Origin: Thecamonas trahens ATCC 50062
Taxonomy: Eukaryota; Protista; Apusomonadida
DNA length: 64,000 nucleotides
Assembly (NCBI RefSeq): GCF_000142905.1
Contig: NW_013657676.1
Location: 496,001-560,000 of the forward strand
Direction of reading: 5' to 3'
Each line of letters opens with the position of its first letter. The first letter of the stretch is position 1. The notes below the pieces were generated by a model that was not told the DNA's origin, searched no databases, and saw nothing but the letters and a program-made list of their open reading frames with translations. A program made the translations under genes and the position numbers. Below, piece by piece: positions 1 through 10,715 of this stretch.

Positions 1-560
1 TGCCTTTCCCACCCTACGACAACTGTTGCCCACCCACTCCCACCTGGTTCCGGTTTCAGAGCCAACAAAGTGGAGTCACCCGCTTGGGCCACATCAGACC
101 GCCACTTCAGCTTCGACCCCCCAGATGGACAGTAGCTGGTGCGATACGAAGACTGCACTGGATGAGACAACACAAGTTGGTTCACAGTCATGTCTCGACT
201 CTTGCATCCTCAGGCCAGGTCAAGATCGGTGACTATGCTAGCCGAGGCCATCAGCTTGCCACAGGCCTACAGCACACAGCCATCGCACAGACTTGGCATT
301 CTTACGACAAGCTGCACATTCATCACACACAACACTCACACTACATCCAAATACTATGTACTTTACACTGTCCATATTGACACATCCTTTTCTTCACACT
401 CTCATCATCATGCCCATCACCATCAATCACATCTCAAACTGACTCGGTCACTGATCACAAAGGACTTCACAGTGCTCACCTCCTCCCCCGCTCCACTTCC
501 GTATCTCTCTCTCTTCTCCCCTCCCTTCCCCCCTCAACACCCATATACATCTCTCATAAC

Positions 561-1724
561 ATGTCTGAAACGCCAGTGTGCACCCGTACCAACTGCGGGA
601 AGCTTGTGGACGACGGCGAGTGTGCGTACCACCCGGCAGCTCCGGTCTTCCATGAGCGGAAGCGGACCTGGCCCTGCTGCAACGTCTCCCACACCTCGTT
701 TGATGACTTCCTTGCTGTGCCTGGCTGCACCACCGGCCCACATCAGGTGCCTGGTGCTAGTTCTGCCGATGGTGCAAGCAAGGCAGGTCAGGCTCGCCAG
801 CCAGCGAGCGGCAAGGTTCCGCGGTTCTATGTCCATCTCGACGCTGAGGGCGTGGGCAAGCCCGTCCCGGACTTTACCGCCGTCTTTGAGCTCGATCCTG
901 CCAACACGCTCCGCAGAATCCGCGAGGACTTTGTCATCCAGTACAACCGCCAGCACGGGGCAGAGTATACGCTCAAGATTGCCACTGTCCGCCTGGTCGA
1001 CGGTGACGGACCGGCTGCTGCCGCGCTGGACCTTGACACCCCGCTGCCCAACGTGGTGACACCCGGCGCGGACGTGTTTTGCTCTGTCGTCACTTTTCAG
1101 CCGATTGCTACACCCGACGCGGCGCTCACACCCAATGCCGCCTCATCGTCGGCCGAGGCTGCCGAGGCTACCGCTGCGGCTACAGCTGCGGCTGCCGAGC
1201 CGCGCGATCCTAACGCGGAGCGGACATGCCTCAACTACACGTGCGGCGGCACCTTTACCGACGCGACCAATGCCGACGATGCATGCACGTTCCACCTCGC
1301 ACCGCCGTTCTTCCACGACGCCTCGCAGGGCTACCAGTGTTGCTCCCGAGTCATGTCGTTCGACGAGTTCCAGGCTATTCCGCCGTGCCAGACAGGTCCG
1401 CACTCGGACATGCCGCACGAGCTCCGCCCAGTTGTTCCCTTCCCATCGACAGACGACGAAGTCGTTTTCTCGCAGGACAAGACCACTATCTCGCTGACCT
1501 TCAATCTCCCGGGTACAGATGCCTCGGGAGTCGATGTTGACGTCGAGGACGACAACATCATGGTCATCATCTCCCGCTCCGGTGAAAAGGACTTTGTCTA
1601 CACCGTCGACCCGCTCCACGCCGAAGTCAAGCCGGGCAAGTCGTCCGTTGCCATCGACGGTGATGCTGTTGTCATCACCTTCACCAAGGCCTCCAAGGCC
1701 GAGTGGCCGGCGCTGCAGGGGTAA
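561..1724 (+). CDS. CHORD-domain Hsp90 co-chaperone (CHORD - insert - CHORD - CS), CHORDC1/melusin-like
   Basis: Two CHORD motifs (CTRTNCG...CAYHPAAPVFHE...WPCC...FDDFLAVPGCTTGPH and CLNYTCG...CTFHLAPPFFHD...YQCC...FDEFQAIPPCQTGPH) plus a C-terminal CS/p23-like beta domain ending FTKASKAEWPAL. Confidence 0.88.
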   Translation: MSETPVCTRTNCGKLVDDGECAYHPAAPVFHERKRTWPCCNVSHTSFDDFLAVPGCTTGPHQVPGASSADGASKAGQARQPASGKVPRFYVHLDAEGVGKPVPDFTAVFELDPANTLRRIREDFVIQYNRQHGAEYTLKIATVRLVDGDGPAAAALDLDTPLPNVVTPGADVFCSVVTFQPIATPDAALTPNAASSSAEAAEATAAATAAAAEPRDPNAERTCLNYTCGGTFTDATNADDACTFHLAPPFFHDASQGYQCCSRVMSFDEFQAIPPCQTGPHSDMPHELRPVVPFPSTDDEVVFSQDKTTISLTFNLPGTDASGVDVDVEDDNIMVIISRSGEKDFVYTVDPLHAEVKPGKSSVAIDGDAVVITFTKASKAEWPALQG

Positions 1725-1742
1725 GAGCGCGCGCCTCGCCTA

Positions 1743-2357
1743 TTAAACAAACTCCGCCGTTGCATCCAGCTGCGCCTGCAACACCTTGAGCACCTGTGAG
1801 ACGTCGCCCACGTGAAGCGCGCTAGCATCCAATGTGCCTGCCGCTCCCGGCGCAAGCACAGCACCTGCAAACGCCTGAGTCCGCGCAGAGATCACGCCCT
1901 GCTGGCAGTGAAGCACCTTGATCATTCGGTCAAGCTGCTGTCGGTAGCCGTCGCGCTCGGCACGAACCAAAGCCAGCTCCTCGAGCACGACCGCCATCTC
2001 AGTTGCAGTAGCTTGCAGTGCTTGCTGTTCTTCCTCGGCTCTGGCCTCGCCCTTGTCGACAGTAGCAGGCTCATCGCTGCGTCGAGCCACGACTTGCGCC
2101 TGAGCCGCCGCCAGCTCGCCACGGACTCGGACCATCTCCTCCTGCATCCGTTCAATGCTCGCACGGAGGACACGCTCTCGGGCCAGCGCAGCCTCCAGAG
2201 CCTTGGAATCCGACTCGACCCGTGCCTGACAACCAGCGTGCTCTGCCTCGAGCGCCTCCAGCTTCTGCACCACCTTGTCGAGCTTGTTCTCATACGCCGT
2301 CATGTCCCTCACCAGCGCCGCCTCGCGCTGCAGTGCCCGGTGAAGTTCCCCAGACAT
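1743..2357 (-). CDS. coiled-coil protein, unknown function
   Basis: 204-aa ATG-initiated ORF, heptad-rich in E/A/L/R/Q. Confidence 0.6.
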   Translation of the reverse strand: MSGELHRALQREAALVRDMTAYENKLDKVVQKLEALEAEHAGCQARVESDSKALEAALARERVLRASIERMQEEMVRVRGELAAAQAQVVARRSDEPATVDKGEARAEEEQQALQATATEMAVVLEELALVRAERDGYRQQLDRMIKVLHCQQGVISARTQAFAGAVLAPGAAGTLDASALHVGDVSQVLKVLQAQLDATAEFV

Positions 2358-2675
2358 GAAAACTATCTACGCAGAGATGTGTGTGCCTGTGCTCATTGTT
2401 GTTGTTGTCGTCCGAGTCGCAATTCCTAGCTCCCCCTTCACGGCCCCTCTCTCTCCTCCTCTTGTTCGACACCCGATGTCGTTACACTGTGCAGCCGCCT
2501 GCCTGCACCCAATTCGGTTCATTTGACCGTCTGTCAGCCGTTGGTCACACCCGCACACAGACAGTCGACGGCAGACAGCAGACGGGGAGACAGCCGTCCC
2601 ACACACGCTTGGCCACTTGACTCTCCTCCACTTAGGCAAGCGGCTACTGCGGAAAAGCAACAGAACGAGGGAGTT

Positions 2676-4517
2676 ATGCGCAGTGGGGAAAAGTCTGTCT
2701 TTCCACTCGGGACGCGGGTCGAGTTCTATGGCCTTCGTGGCACAGTCCGCTTCTTTGGCCAGACGCAGTTTGCCAACGGAGTCTGGGTTGGCGTCGAGCT
2801 GGACGTGGCCGAGGGCAAGAACAACGGATCGGTGATGGGCCAGACCTACTTTACCTGTGCTCTCAATCATGGCCTCTTTGTTCGTCCTTGGCACCTGCGC
2901 AAGGTCGACGACCTCCGCAAGTTTGGCAAGCAGTCCATGTCCAAGCACGGAGGCCGCCTCGAGCGCCGTCGCGCCATCGAGGAGGCCGGCATGACTCGTC
3001 CGCTCCGCACCGTCTTGCACTCGCGCGAGGAGGACAAGGCCTATGTCTCTTCCATCAAGTCGCGCATTCGCTCGCGTGATCGGCAGGAGCAGCTTGCCGC
3101 CCGCCGCATGCGCAAAATGCGCCGTGCCAAGGAGCGCTACCTCCGTGAGACCATGCCGGCCAAGAAGGCTGCACGTGAACGGACTCGCGAGCGCCTCAAT
3201 CGCGCGCTCCGCCTGGCACCTGGAGGCGCAGATGGCCGCTCGCCGTCACCCGGCCGTCCTGTCGCTGTCCCCGCTGGCTTTGACCCGACCGTCCGCCTGC
3301 CGACTGTTCCGTACTACAACCCGTCGCTGCAGCCGTGCCGCTTTGAGGTCGGCGACCTCATCAGGACCAACAAGGACCGCACTACCGCCAACTGCGCCGG
3401 CGTTGTCCGGTACATCGGATACGTCGAGGGTGAGAGTGGGCTGTGGGTCGGCGTCGACCTCGACCGCCCGCCGCGTATCGATGTTGAGCCGGTCAAGCCC
3501 TCGCGTTCCCACGCGCACTCGCGCTCACGCAGCAAGCGCGCCAAGCACCAGTCACAACGCAACGCTCGCATCCTTGCTGCCATCCGTGGACCCCACTCGG
3601 GTGTGTGGAATGGCGCGTATTACTTTGAGACCAAGGTCAAGTGCGGTCTCTTTGTCCGCCCCACTGCGCTTGACGTTATGGAGCCTGGCGAGGTCGCGCT
3701 TCGCAAGCAGCATGAGGAGGATGAACGGCGCGCCAAGCTTGATCAGATGGGCTTTACTGCTGGCGCCGTCTCGCTCGAGGCCGCTAATCCGTCGCCGGCC
3801 TTCCAGCCCATTACCAAGCAGGTCACCAAGTCGCCGCCGCGCAACACCTCGATCATCGCCATGAACGCCACCCGCGTCGCCGCCGCTGGAGCGGCGAGTC
3901 GCGCCCCGGCAAGCTACAGCGACTACGACTATGACTACGATGACGACGACATGGCGCCCATCCCCATGCAGGCGGCAGCCACGCCGACGCCCGCGCCCCG
4001 CACCCAGGCGCCGGTGCCGGACTCGGACTGCTTGTCTGACGACCTCTCTCTGCCTGCTGCGGCCCAATCAACAGGCTCGCTCGATGCTGCCATGAACTCA
4101 CGCATCGTCTCTTCCGCCCTCGATCTCATGGCTAGGATGGATGCTGTGTTTGAGGCTGCTGCTGGCGGTCATCCGCTCGACGGGCCTATCGCCAGCCTTG
4201 ACCAGTCGCTGGGCATCTCGCGGACCACCCTGGGTGAGCTCTACGACTATGTGGCTGACGCCTCTACCGGCTCGTCAATCGATCCGGCCTTCCTTTCCGC
4301 CTCTGCGGCTATGATTGACACCGGTGCCGAGCTCTGCGATGCTGCCGGATCCGGCTCGGCCGCCCTCCACGCTCTCTCGCTCTCAATCCTCGAGGGCTAC
4401 CTCGACAACATCCTTGATACCATTGTTGTCACGCCCGAGACTGCAGCGGCCAAGGCCCGGACTCTGGCCGCAAGCATCTCGTCGCATCTCGCCGAGCTGG
4501 CTGCCCAAGGTGCGTGA
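2676..4517 (+). CDS. tandem CAP-Gly domain protein (may extend by splicing to 5213)
   Basis: GTVRFFGQTQFANGVWVGVELDVAEGKNNGSVMGQTYFTCALNHGLFVRP (GKNNG matches the GKNDG motif). A second CAP-Gly (GVVRYIGY...LWVGVDLD...GPHSGVWNGAYYF...GLFVRP) is split by a basic insert. Confidence 0.9.
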   Translation: MRSGEKSVFPLGTRVEFYGLRGTVRFFGQTQFANGVWVGVELDVAEGKNNGSVMGQTYFTCALNHGLFVRPWHLRKVDDLRKFGKQSMSKHGGRLERRRAIEEAGMTRPLRTVLHSREEDKAYVSSIKSRIRSRDRQEQLAARRMRKMRRAKERYLRETMPAKKAARERTRERLNRALRLAPGGADGRSPSPGRPVAVPAGFDPTVRLPTVPYYNPSLQPCRFEVGDLIRTNKDRTTANCAGVVRYIGYVEGESGLWVGVDLDRPPRIDVEPVKPSRSHAHSRSRSKRAKHQSQRNARILAAIRGPHSGVWNGAYYFETKVKCGLFVRPTALDVMEPGEVALRKQHEEDERRAKLDQMGFTAGAVSLEAANPSPAFQPITKQVTKSPPRNTSIIAMNATRVAAAGAASRAPASYSDYDYDYDDDDMAPIPMQAAATPTPAPRTQAPVPDSDCLSDDLSLPAAAQSTGSLDAAMNSRIVSSALDLMARMDAVFEAAAGGHPLDGPIASLDQSLGISRTTLGELYDYVADASTGSSIDPAFLSASAAMIDTGAELCDAAGSGSAALHALSLSILEGYLDNILDTIVVTPETAAAKARTLAASISSHLAELAAQGA

Positions 4518-4691
4518 TGAACGACGTCGGACGATCTCATGAGAGATGGCGCTGTACGCTGTTGCGCCATGTGAGTGAGGAGAGGACGGGGGGTGGGGAC
4601 AAGGGGAGCGTGAAGAGATGAAGAGAGAAAGTGTGTGCGGATGTGTGCGCACTACTACCGAGTGTCCCTCCTCGCCGTACACAACTCACAG

Positions 4692-5213
4692 CGCGCAACT
4701 CACGACGACCTTTGATGCCTCTACAGTTGCCCGCAACTCTGCCACTCCCGAACTGGACTCTATCCCTCTGCCCGAGACCGCGTCATCGCCCAAGGCTACG
4801 CCGTCGTCCGAGCCCACGCTATCGCCCGAGGCCACACCATCGCCCGAGGCCACGTCAGCGCTCAAGCTTACACCGTCACCCGAGCTTGGGTCCACGTCAT
4901 CGCCCCCCATGAGCCCGTGTCTGCGTCGTCGCCGGAGCCCATGCCATCGCCCGAGCCTGCTCCGGCGTCATCGTCCGTCTCCGAGCCGACCCCATCGCCT
5001 GAGCCCGCGCCATCCCCTTCTGGTGTCAAGGCACTTGGCGCCAAGCTCAATCTCAACCTCATGATGCCGGGCGCCGGTCCGCCCAAGATCAAGCGGCCGG
5101 CTGCAGGAGGCGTGGCGGCGCCGTCGAGCGCTGGAAATCTCGACCACAAGACTAGGGCTCGTCCCGCGCCAAGGACTGGCCGCAGGCCGCCGTCGCGCCG
5201 CCCGCGAAAGTAA
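4692..5213 (+). CDS. S/P/E/T-rich linker plus C-terminal CapZIP/FAM21-type CPI motif exon
   Basis: PSPE repeats, then ALGAKLNLNLMMPGAGPP...LDHKTRARPAPRTGRRPPSRR, matching the LxHxTxxRP(x)6P CPI consensus. Needs one extra C in the CCCCCC run at ~4903-4908. Confidence 0.65.
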
Positions 5214-5230
5214 CACCTCTTCCCTTGCTG

Positions 5231-6190
5231 CTATGGCTGCACAATGTGGTTGAGCTCCCGAAGGTGGAAAATCTCGGAGGGGATGTTGTCGATTGGTGTG
5301 CCCGCGAGATTGAGGTACCGCAGCTTGTCCAGTAGGCCGACTTCGGGCACGTCTGACACAAGCGTGTACGAGAGGTTAAGTCGACGAAGAGAGACGAGTG
5401 AGAGCGTTTCGGCCGGCATGGCCTTAAGCCCTGGGTTGTGGGATACGTCAAGTATCGTGAGCTTGTCCAGTCGCCCGATCTCCCCGGGCAGCTCGCTTAA
5501 CTGGTTGTGCGCCAGCTCGAGGATAGCCAGCGAGCTGAGCTCGGCAATTGTTGTCGGTAGACGAGAGAGCTCATTGTCCGAGAGCTCGAGCGTGTGCAAA
5601 CCCTCTCCTCCCTCAAACAGCTCCGGGTCCAAGTGACCGATTCTGTTCTGCGACGCCCGGATGATTCGCAGCGCCGGCATGTTGTTGAGCGATGCCAGCG
5701 GCAGCGCGTCGAGCGCGTTGCCCTCGACAACCAGCCGCTCCAGCATTGTCAGCGAGTCCAAGACCGGCAGCGGCGCATCTGCTGATCCGAGCTTGTTGTC
5801 GGCAAGATTAAGAACTCGAAGGCTGGTGCATGCCAGCAGGTCGTCTGGGAGTGAGGCGAGGAGGTTGTCGGCAAGATTGAGAATCGTCAGCGCCGGCAGG
5901 TGCGACAAGCACGCCGGAAGCGCCACCACCGAGTTGTGTGCCAGCGAAAGCGTGGCCAGCGCATGCAGCGAGTGAGTTGCCATCCACGTTGTCGACAGAT
6001 CGCCCAGATGATTGCAGCTCAAGTCCAAGCCCGCCACGTTGCCGAGCGTGGGCCATCGGCCTGTCGCTCGCCGCACCCGCCCCGCCACCACCTCGTCCTG
6101 CTCCTTTTCGGACAGGAAGTACTCGGGCACCTCGACCAGCCCCTCACCCACCACCTCTACATGCTGCACACCCAGTCCCACGCCATGCAT
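5231..6190 (-). CDS. leucine-rich repeat protein
   Basis: About 11 LxxLxLxxNxL repeats (e.g. LTILNLADNLLASLP, LHTLELSDNELSRLP). Start uncertain. Confidence 0.88.
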   Translation of the reverse strand: MHGVGLGVQHVEVVGEGLVEVPEYFLSEKEQDEVVAGRVRRATGRWPTLGNVAGLDLSCNHLGDLSTTWMATHSLHALATLSLAHNSVVALPACLSHLPALTILNLADNLLASLPDDLLACTSLRVLNLADNKLGSADAPLPVLDSLTMLERLVVEGNALDALPLASLNNMPALRIIRASQNRIGHLDPELFEGGEGLHTLELSDNELSRLPTTIAELSSLAILELAHNQLSELPGEIGRLDKLTILDVSHNPGLKAMPAETLSLVSLRRLNLSYTLVSDVPEVGLLDKLRYLNLAGTPIDNIPSEIFHLRELNHIVQP

Positions 6191-6417
6191 CCAACACCCC
6201 AGGCTCTCCTCAAGTGCGTCGAGTCTTAGCCCCAGCTCCGGCCCCGGCCCCCCAGCCCCGACCTCCGACCCACGGCATTCCGTCCAGCCGGCTGCTGGCC
6301 GCGGGCCGTTCGCGCGCCCTTTCGCCACTCGTGAGCCTCGTGTCTTGCCACTCCACTTCCGTCCGCTTCGTGAAACCGCCCCCGACCTTTCCACGGAGCA
6401 CAGCAAGGGGGAACACC

Positions 6418-9400
6418 ATGACCGAGTTTGCCATTCCTCCGCACTTTGAGGACCTGCTCGAGGCCGACAAGGGCTACTACGTGGTCGGTCCGTCGTCGGG
6501 CCTGCATCGATCGTCGGCCGAGGTGGTCCACGAGGCTGTCGAGGGCATCTTGCTGCAGCTCGAGAGTGACCCATGGGCACTAGCCTCCCCTGAGCTCTTT
6601 GACACGCTCTTCCATCTGGTCTACCGCTTCTCCGTTCTCGATGATACCGTCAAGGCTGCTGTTGTCGACCTCCTGGTCGGCACCGTTCAAAAGTTTGTGG
6701 TCGCCTGGCAGTCTGGCGCCAAAATGCCCGAGCCACCGGCAAACATCTTTACCGTCAGCTCGCGGTCAGTGCTCAAGCAGTATGTCTTCCTTCTGCACAT
6801 GCTGATCATGGTGGTTGAGAAGGACGGCTCTGGCATGTCGTTGGCTGCTGCTGGTGGTAAGAAGAAGAAGAAGAGCAAGGCCAAGTCGTACTCGTGGTCC
6901 GGCAAGGTCCCGTTTGTCGTCGCCGCCTTCTCGGCTGTCCTCGTCGACGTCTCCCCGGCCCTGTACACCCGGCTGTGGAACATGCCGCTGCCTGAAGAAG
7001 AGTTCATCACTGCCATCTCGCGCTCGCTCTTCCTTCTCTTTGAGTCGCACACGACGTTCAAGGCTCTGCCTTCCACCTGCGTAGACACCATCCATGCCAT
7101 TTTTAAGGTTCTCATCGTCTCGTACCGCCGCGGTATGGCTGCCAGCACATCGATCATGCACCTGCTGCACAACCACGAGCATCTACCAGGTCCACTCGCC
7201 CAGCTCCTTGGCGCCATTGCTGCTCCAGAGCCGTCGGCTGCGTCCGCCGATGCCGGCGACGACGACGACGAGGCCCACAAGCCCGCTGGCGAGGACGAGT
7301 CTGCTGCTGCTGATGACTCAGGCGCAGCCTCCAACGAAGTTCGCGCGCTTGTTGAGGACATTCTCCGTGACATTGGCAAGACCTCGCCGCAGCAGCTTGC
7401 TGTCGACTCGGCTGGAACAAAGAACCTGGCGGCGTTCCTGGTGGCGCTCGCCGAGACTGTGCCACGGCTGGCGCTCTCTTCGGTTGCCGTCCTCATTCAT
7501 CACCTTGAAGGCGAGGCGTACATTATGCGCAACGCCATCATTTCGATGATGGGCCACTGCGTGGCTGGGCCGCTGAAAACGGCAACCCGGCGACCCGCGA
7601 CGCATTCCTCGACCACCTCATGGCCCGGCTGTACGACGTCACGTCGTATGTCCGATCGCGGACGCTACAGACCTGGTCCATCATTGTTGAGGCGCGTGCA
7701 CTGCCGCTTGCCCGCCTTCACGCACTCTCCAAGGCTGCAGTCGGGAGGCTCGCCGACAAGGCATCGATTGTCCGCCGGTCCGCCATCGGCCTGCTCAAGG
7801 AGCTGCTACTCAACAATCCATTTGCCGGCCAGCTCCGGCTTGATGTGTTTGAGGCCAAGCGGGCTTCGCTGGAGAGCCGTCACGCCGAACTCGTGGCGCT
7901 GGTTCGCCCGCCGGCTCCCAAAGCGCCGGCGGCGAGTGCCGACACCGGCGAGGCTGGCAGCCAGGCTGGTTCCGAGGCTGAGAGCGATGACGAGAGCGAG
8001 GCCGCCGTCGCCGCCGCGGTTGCTGCCGCAGTTGACGCTGCCGAGGCTGCTGCCAAGGCGCAGGCCGCCCGCGACGAGGATTCCAGTCTTCAGGGCGCGC
8101 GCGACGAGCTGGAGCAAGTTGAGGCCGAGCTGGTCTTTGTCCGGGCTGGCGCCTCGTTCATCAAGGTCATATCGCGGGCGGTTCCGGTGGTGACCCAGCT
8201 GCTCTCGTCCAAGACGACGATGGATGTGCTGCAGGCAATCGACTTTCTCACTGTTGTCTCGTCGTTTGGCCTCGAGGCTGTGGCCGATGGTGTGGCGCGG
8301 GTCCTCACTCTCATTTGGTCCAAGGAAGAGTCGATCCGCAACGCAGTGCTGGACGCGTACCGAACGCTGTACTTTGCGCCGGGCGACAAGTCGTTTGGCG
8401 CGTCGGCCACGGTGGCGCGCAACCTGATGGAGCTCACCCGCGACGCGTCGGTGGCGCAGCTGACGTCGCTTGAGGAGATGGTACGATACATGCGGCATGA
8501 CGGAAGCCTGCCGCCGCAGGTCGACAACGTGCTGTGGGAGCTGTTCTCGGGTCACGTCGAGGGTGTCGGTCCAGAGCAGAGCCTCGCCGCGCTGCAGATT
8601 TTGTGCATGGTGGGCAAGGCAGATCCGGTGGCCATTGCCTGCAAGCTCGATCTGCTGGTCAAACACGGGCTTGGCGAGCAGGCGCGAGCAACACCGATCC
8701 TTGCGCGTTGGACGTGCGAGGCGTTGCAGGCGCTGGCCGCCGTTGACTCGACGGCCAAGGTCCCGTCGGGCCATCCGCTTCTCAAGCAGCTCGAGCGCCT
8801 CGTCGTCGCCACGCCCGACTTTGACGAAACGGTCAACGGGCAGTGGTACCCTGCAGCCGAGCAGGCTATCGGAGCACTCTTTGCACTTGCTGCCGCGCCC
8901 GAGATCGAGGTCGAGCTGCTCATCCGCGTCCTCGCTCACGCTGTCTTTTCGACAGAGGGTCGCGAGGTCTCGTCTGAGAAGCTCGCTCGGCTGTTCTTTG
9001 TCGTTGGCCATGTGGCGCTCAAGATGCTGGTGTACATGGAGGAGGAGCACCGGACGTACGCCAAGGCTGCCGCTGCTGCCACTGTGGCCAGCAGCGGGCG
9101 GGCGCGGCGGCGCCGAGCCACGATGACTCGTTCGAAGACGAGTTGGGCATGGCGGCATCGCCGGCAACTCAGGAGGCGCATGCTGAGTATTTGGCCAAGC
9201 TCGCCGAGTCTGCGCTTGTCAACAACAACCTGCTCGGCTCGTTCGGACCGCTCCTTGTCCACGTTGCCCTCCATCGCTCGCAGTACGACAACGTAACGCT
9301 CCAGAGCCACGCGCTGCTCGCACTCACCAAGTTTATGTGCGTCTCGCGGACGTTCTGCGAGGCCAATCTGCGGCTGCTGTTCTCGATCCTCAACGCGACC

Positions 9401-10288
9401 GAGGGCGTGGCGCCGGTTGTCCGCGCCAACCTGGTTGTGGCTGTGGGCGACCTCGCGTTCCGTTTCCCCAACGAGGTTGAGCCGTGGACCGAGCACATCT
9501 ACGCACGGCTTCGCGACGACGACATTGTCGTGCGGCAGAACACACTCATGGTCCTCACCCACCTCATTCTCAACGACATGGTCAAGGTCAAGGGCCAGAT
9601 CGCAGAAATCGCGCTTTGCCTCCTCGATGAGGTCAAGACGATCTCGGACCTCGCGCATACGTTCTTCTTTGAGCTCGGCCGCAAGGCCAACACCATCTAC
9701 AACATCCTGCCCGATACCATCTCGCAGCTCTCTACGGCGGCGATGGCGGCGCGCATGGGCGAGACCGGCTTCAAGACCATCATGTCGTACCTGTTCTCGT
9801 TCGTGGCCAAGGACAAGCACCAAGAGTCGCTGGTGGTCAAGCTCTGCCAGCGGCTGCAGGGCTGCGACGCGCTCAACGCCCGCAACTTTGCCTTTTGCCT
9901 CTCGCTGCTCTCGTACTCGGGCCGCTCGCTTGGCAAGCTCATGGAGCATCACAAGGCTTACCACGACAAGCTCTTTGATCCGCAGGTCGAGGCTTCGTTC
10001 CGCTCCATCTCGTCGCGCACAAAGCGGACCGCAAAGGACATGGTCGTTCGCTTCGACGCTCTCGTCGACAAGCTCCTTGCCGGCGAGACCGATGTCGAGT
10101 CGCTCGTCACCGGCCTCACCCCTGCTGATGTCATTGCCCGCGATCAGGAGAACGCCGCCAAGGCGTCCAAGAAGGCTGCCAGGGCCAAAGCCCGCAAGGT
10201 CGCCGCAAAGAAGGAGCGCGCTCGCCGCTCGCGCCGCGCCATGACCGACGACGATGACTACACCCCGCTTGCAGAGTGCCAAGTCTAG
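6418..10288 (+). CDS. NCAPD2: condensin I non-SMC subunit CAP-D2 (Cnd1/Ycs4), split by two probable sequencing frameshifts (~7577, ~9100)
   Basis: HEAT protein with RLYDVTSYVRSRTLQ, LADKASIVRRSAI, VRANLVVAVGDLAFRFPNEVEPWTEHIYARLRD, LTHLILNDMVKVKGQIAEIA and IYNILPDTISQL across ORFs 5938-8193, 7620-9296 and 9143-10288. Confidence 0.93.
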
Positions 10289-10365
10289 CCACGTTTGTAA
10301 ACTCGGATAACTGCCTCGATCTGTGACTACTCTCCATCCGCCTCTAGCTGTGCCAATGATTAGGT

Positions 10366-10419
10366 GACTCGACGGGCCGGCGGCGACTCGACGACTCGAC
10401 GGGCCGGCGGCGACTCGAC
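10366..10419 (+). repeat. 27-bp tandem duplication containing GACTCGAC motifs
   Basis: GACTCGACGGGCCGGCGGCGACTCGAC occurs twice in tandem; a further GACTCGAC lies at ~10448. Confidence 0.85.
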
Positions 10420-10715
10420 GGTTCAACCCAAATTTTTGGCTGCGCTAGACTCGACTTCATTCCATCATGTAGGTTCCACAAGCGTGCCCCCCGACTGCGC
10501 AAGCCTCGCCGTCGCTACCCATGGGTGCCCCGCACATTGTAGGGGTGTGCAGCAAGTTTGCGGCAGCAGAGCTGTCCGTGGGCGCGAGCCCGCCTTTGGC
10601 GCGAACGTTCGCGCCAAATTGCTTTGGATTCTACTGGCCGCGTCAGCCGCCCCCCCCAACCCCCCCCCAACCCCCACCCAGATTGCGGTACTCACACTCC
10701 CCAAACTCTCCACAG

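Noticed and set aside
1-560. ORFs 26-232, 84-380 and 190-1059 as genes
   Set aside because: Low-complexity upstream sequence or frame shadows of the CHORD gene; no motif support.
6418-10288. Pseudogene calls for CAP-D2, ABCC, RER1, EI24 and the amino acid transporter
   Set aside because: There are no in-frame stops and motifs are intact. Every break is a single-base homopolymer deletion typical of sequencing error.
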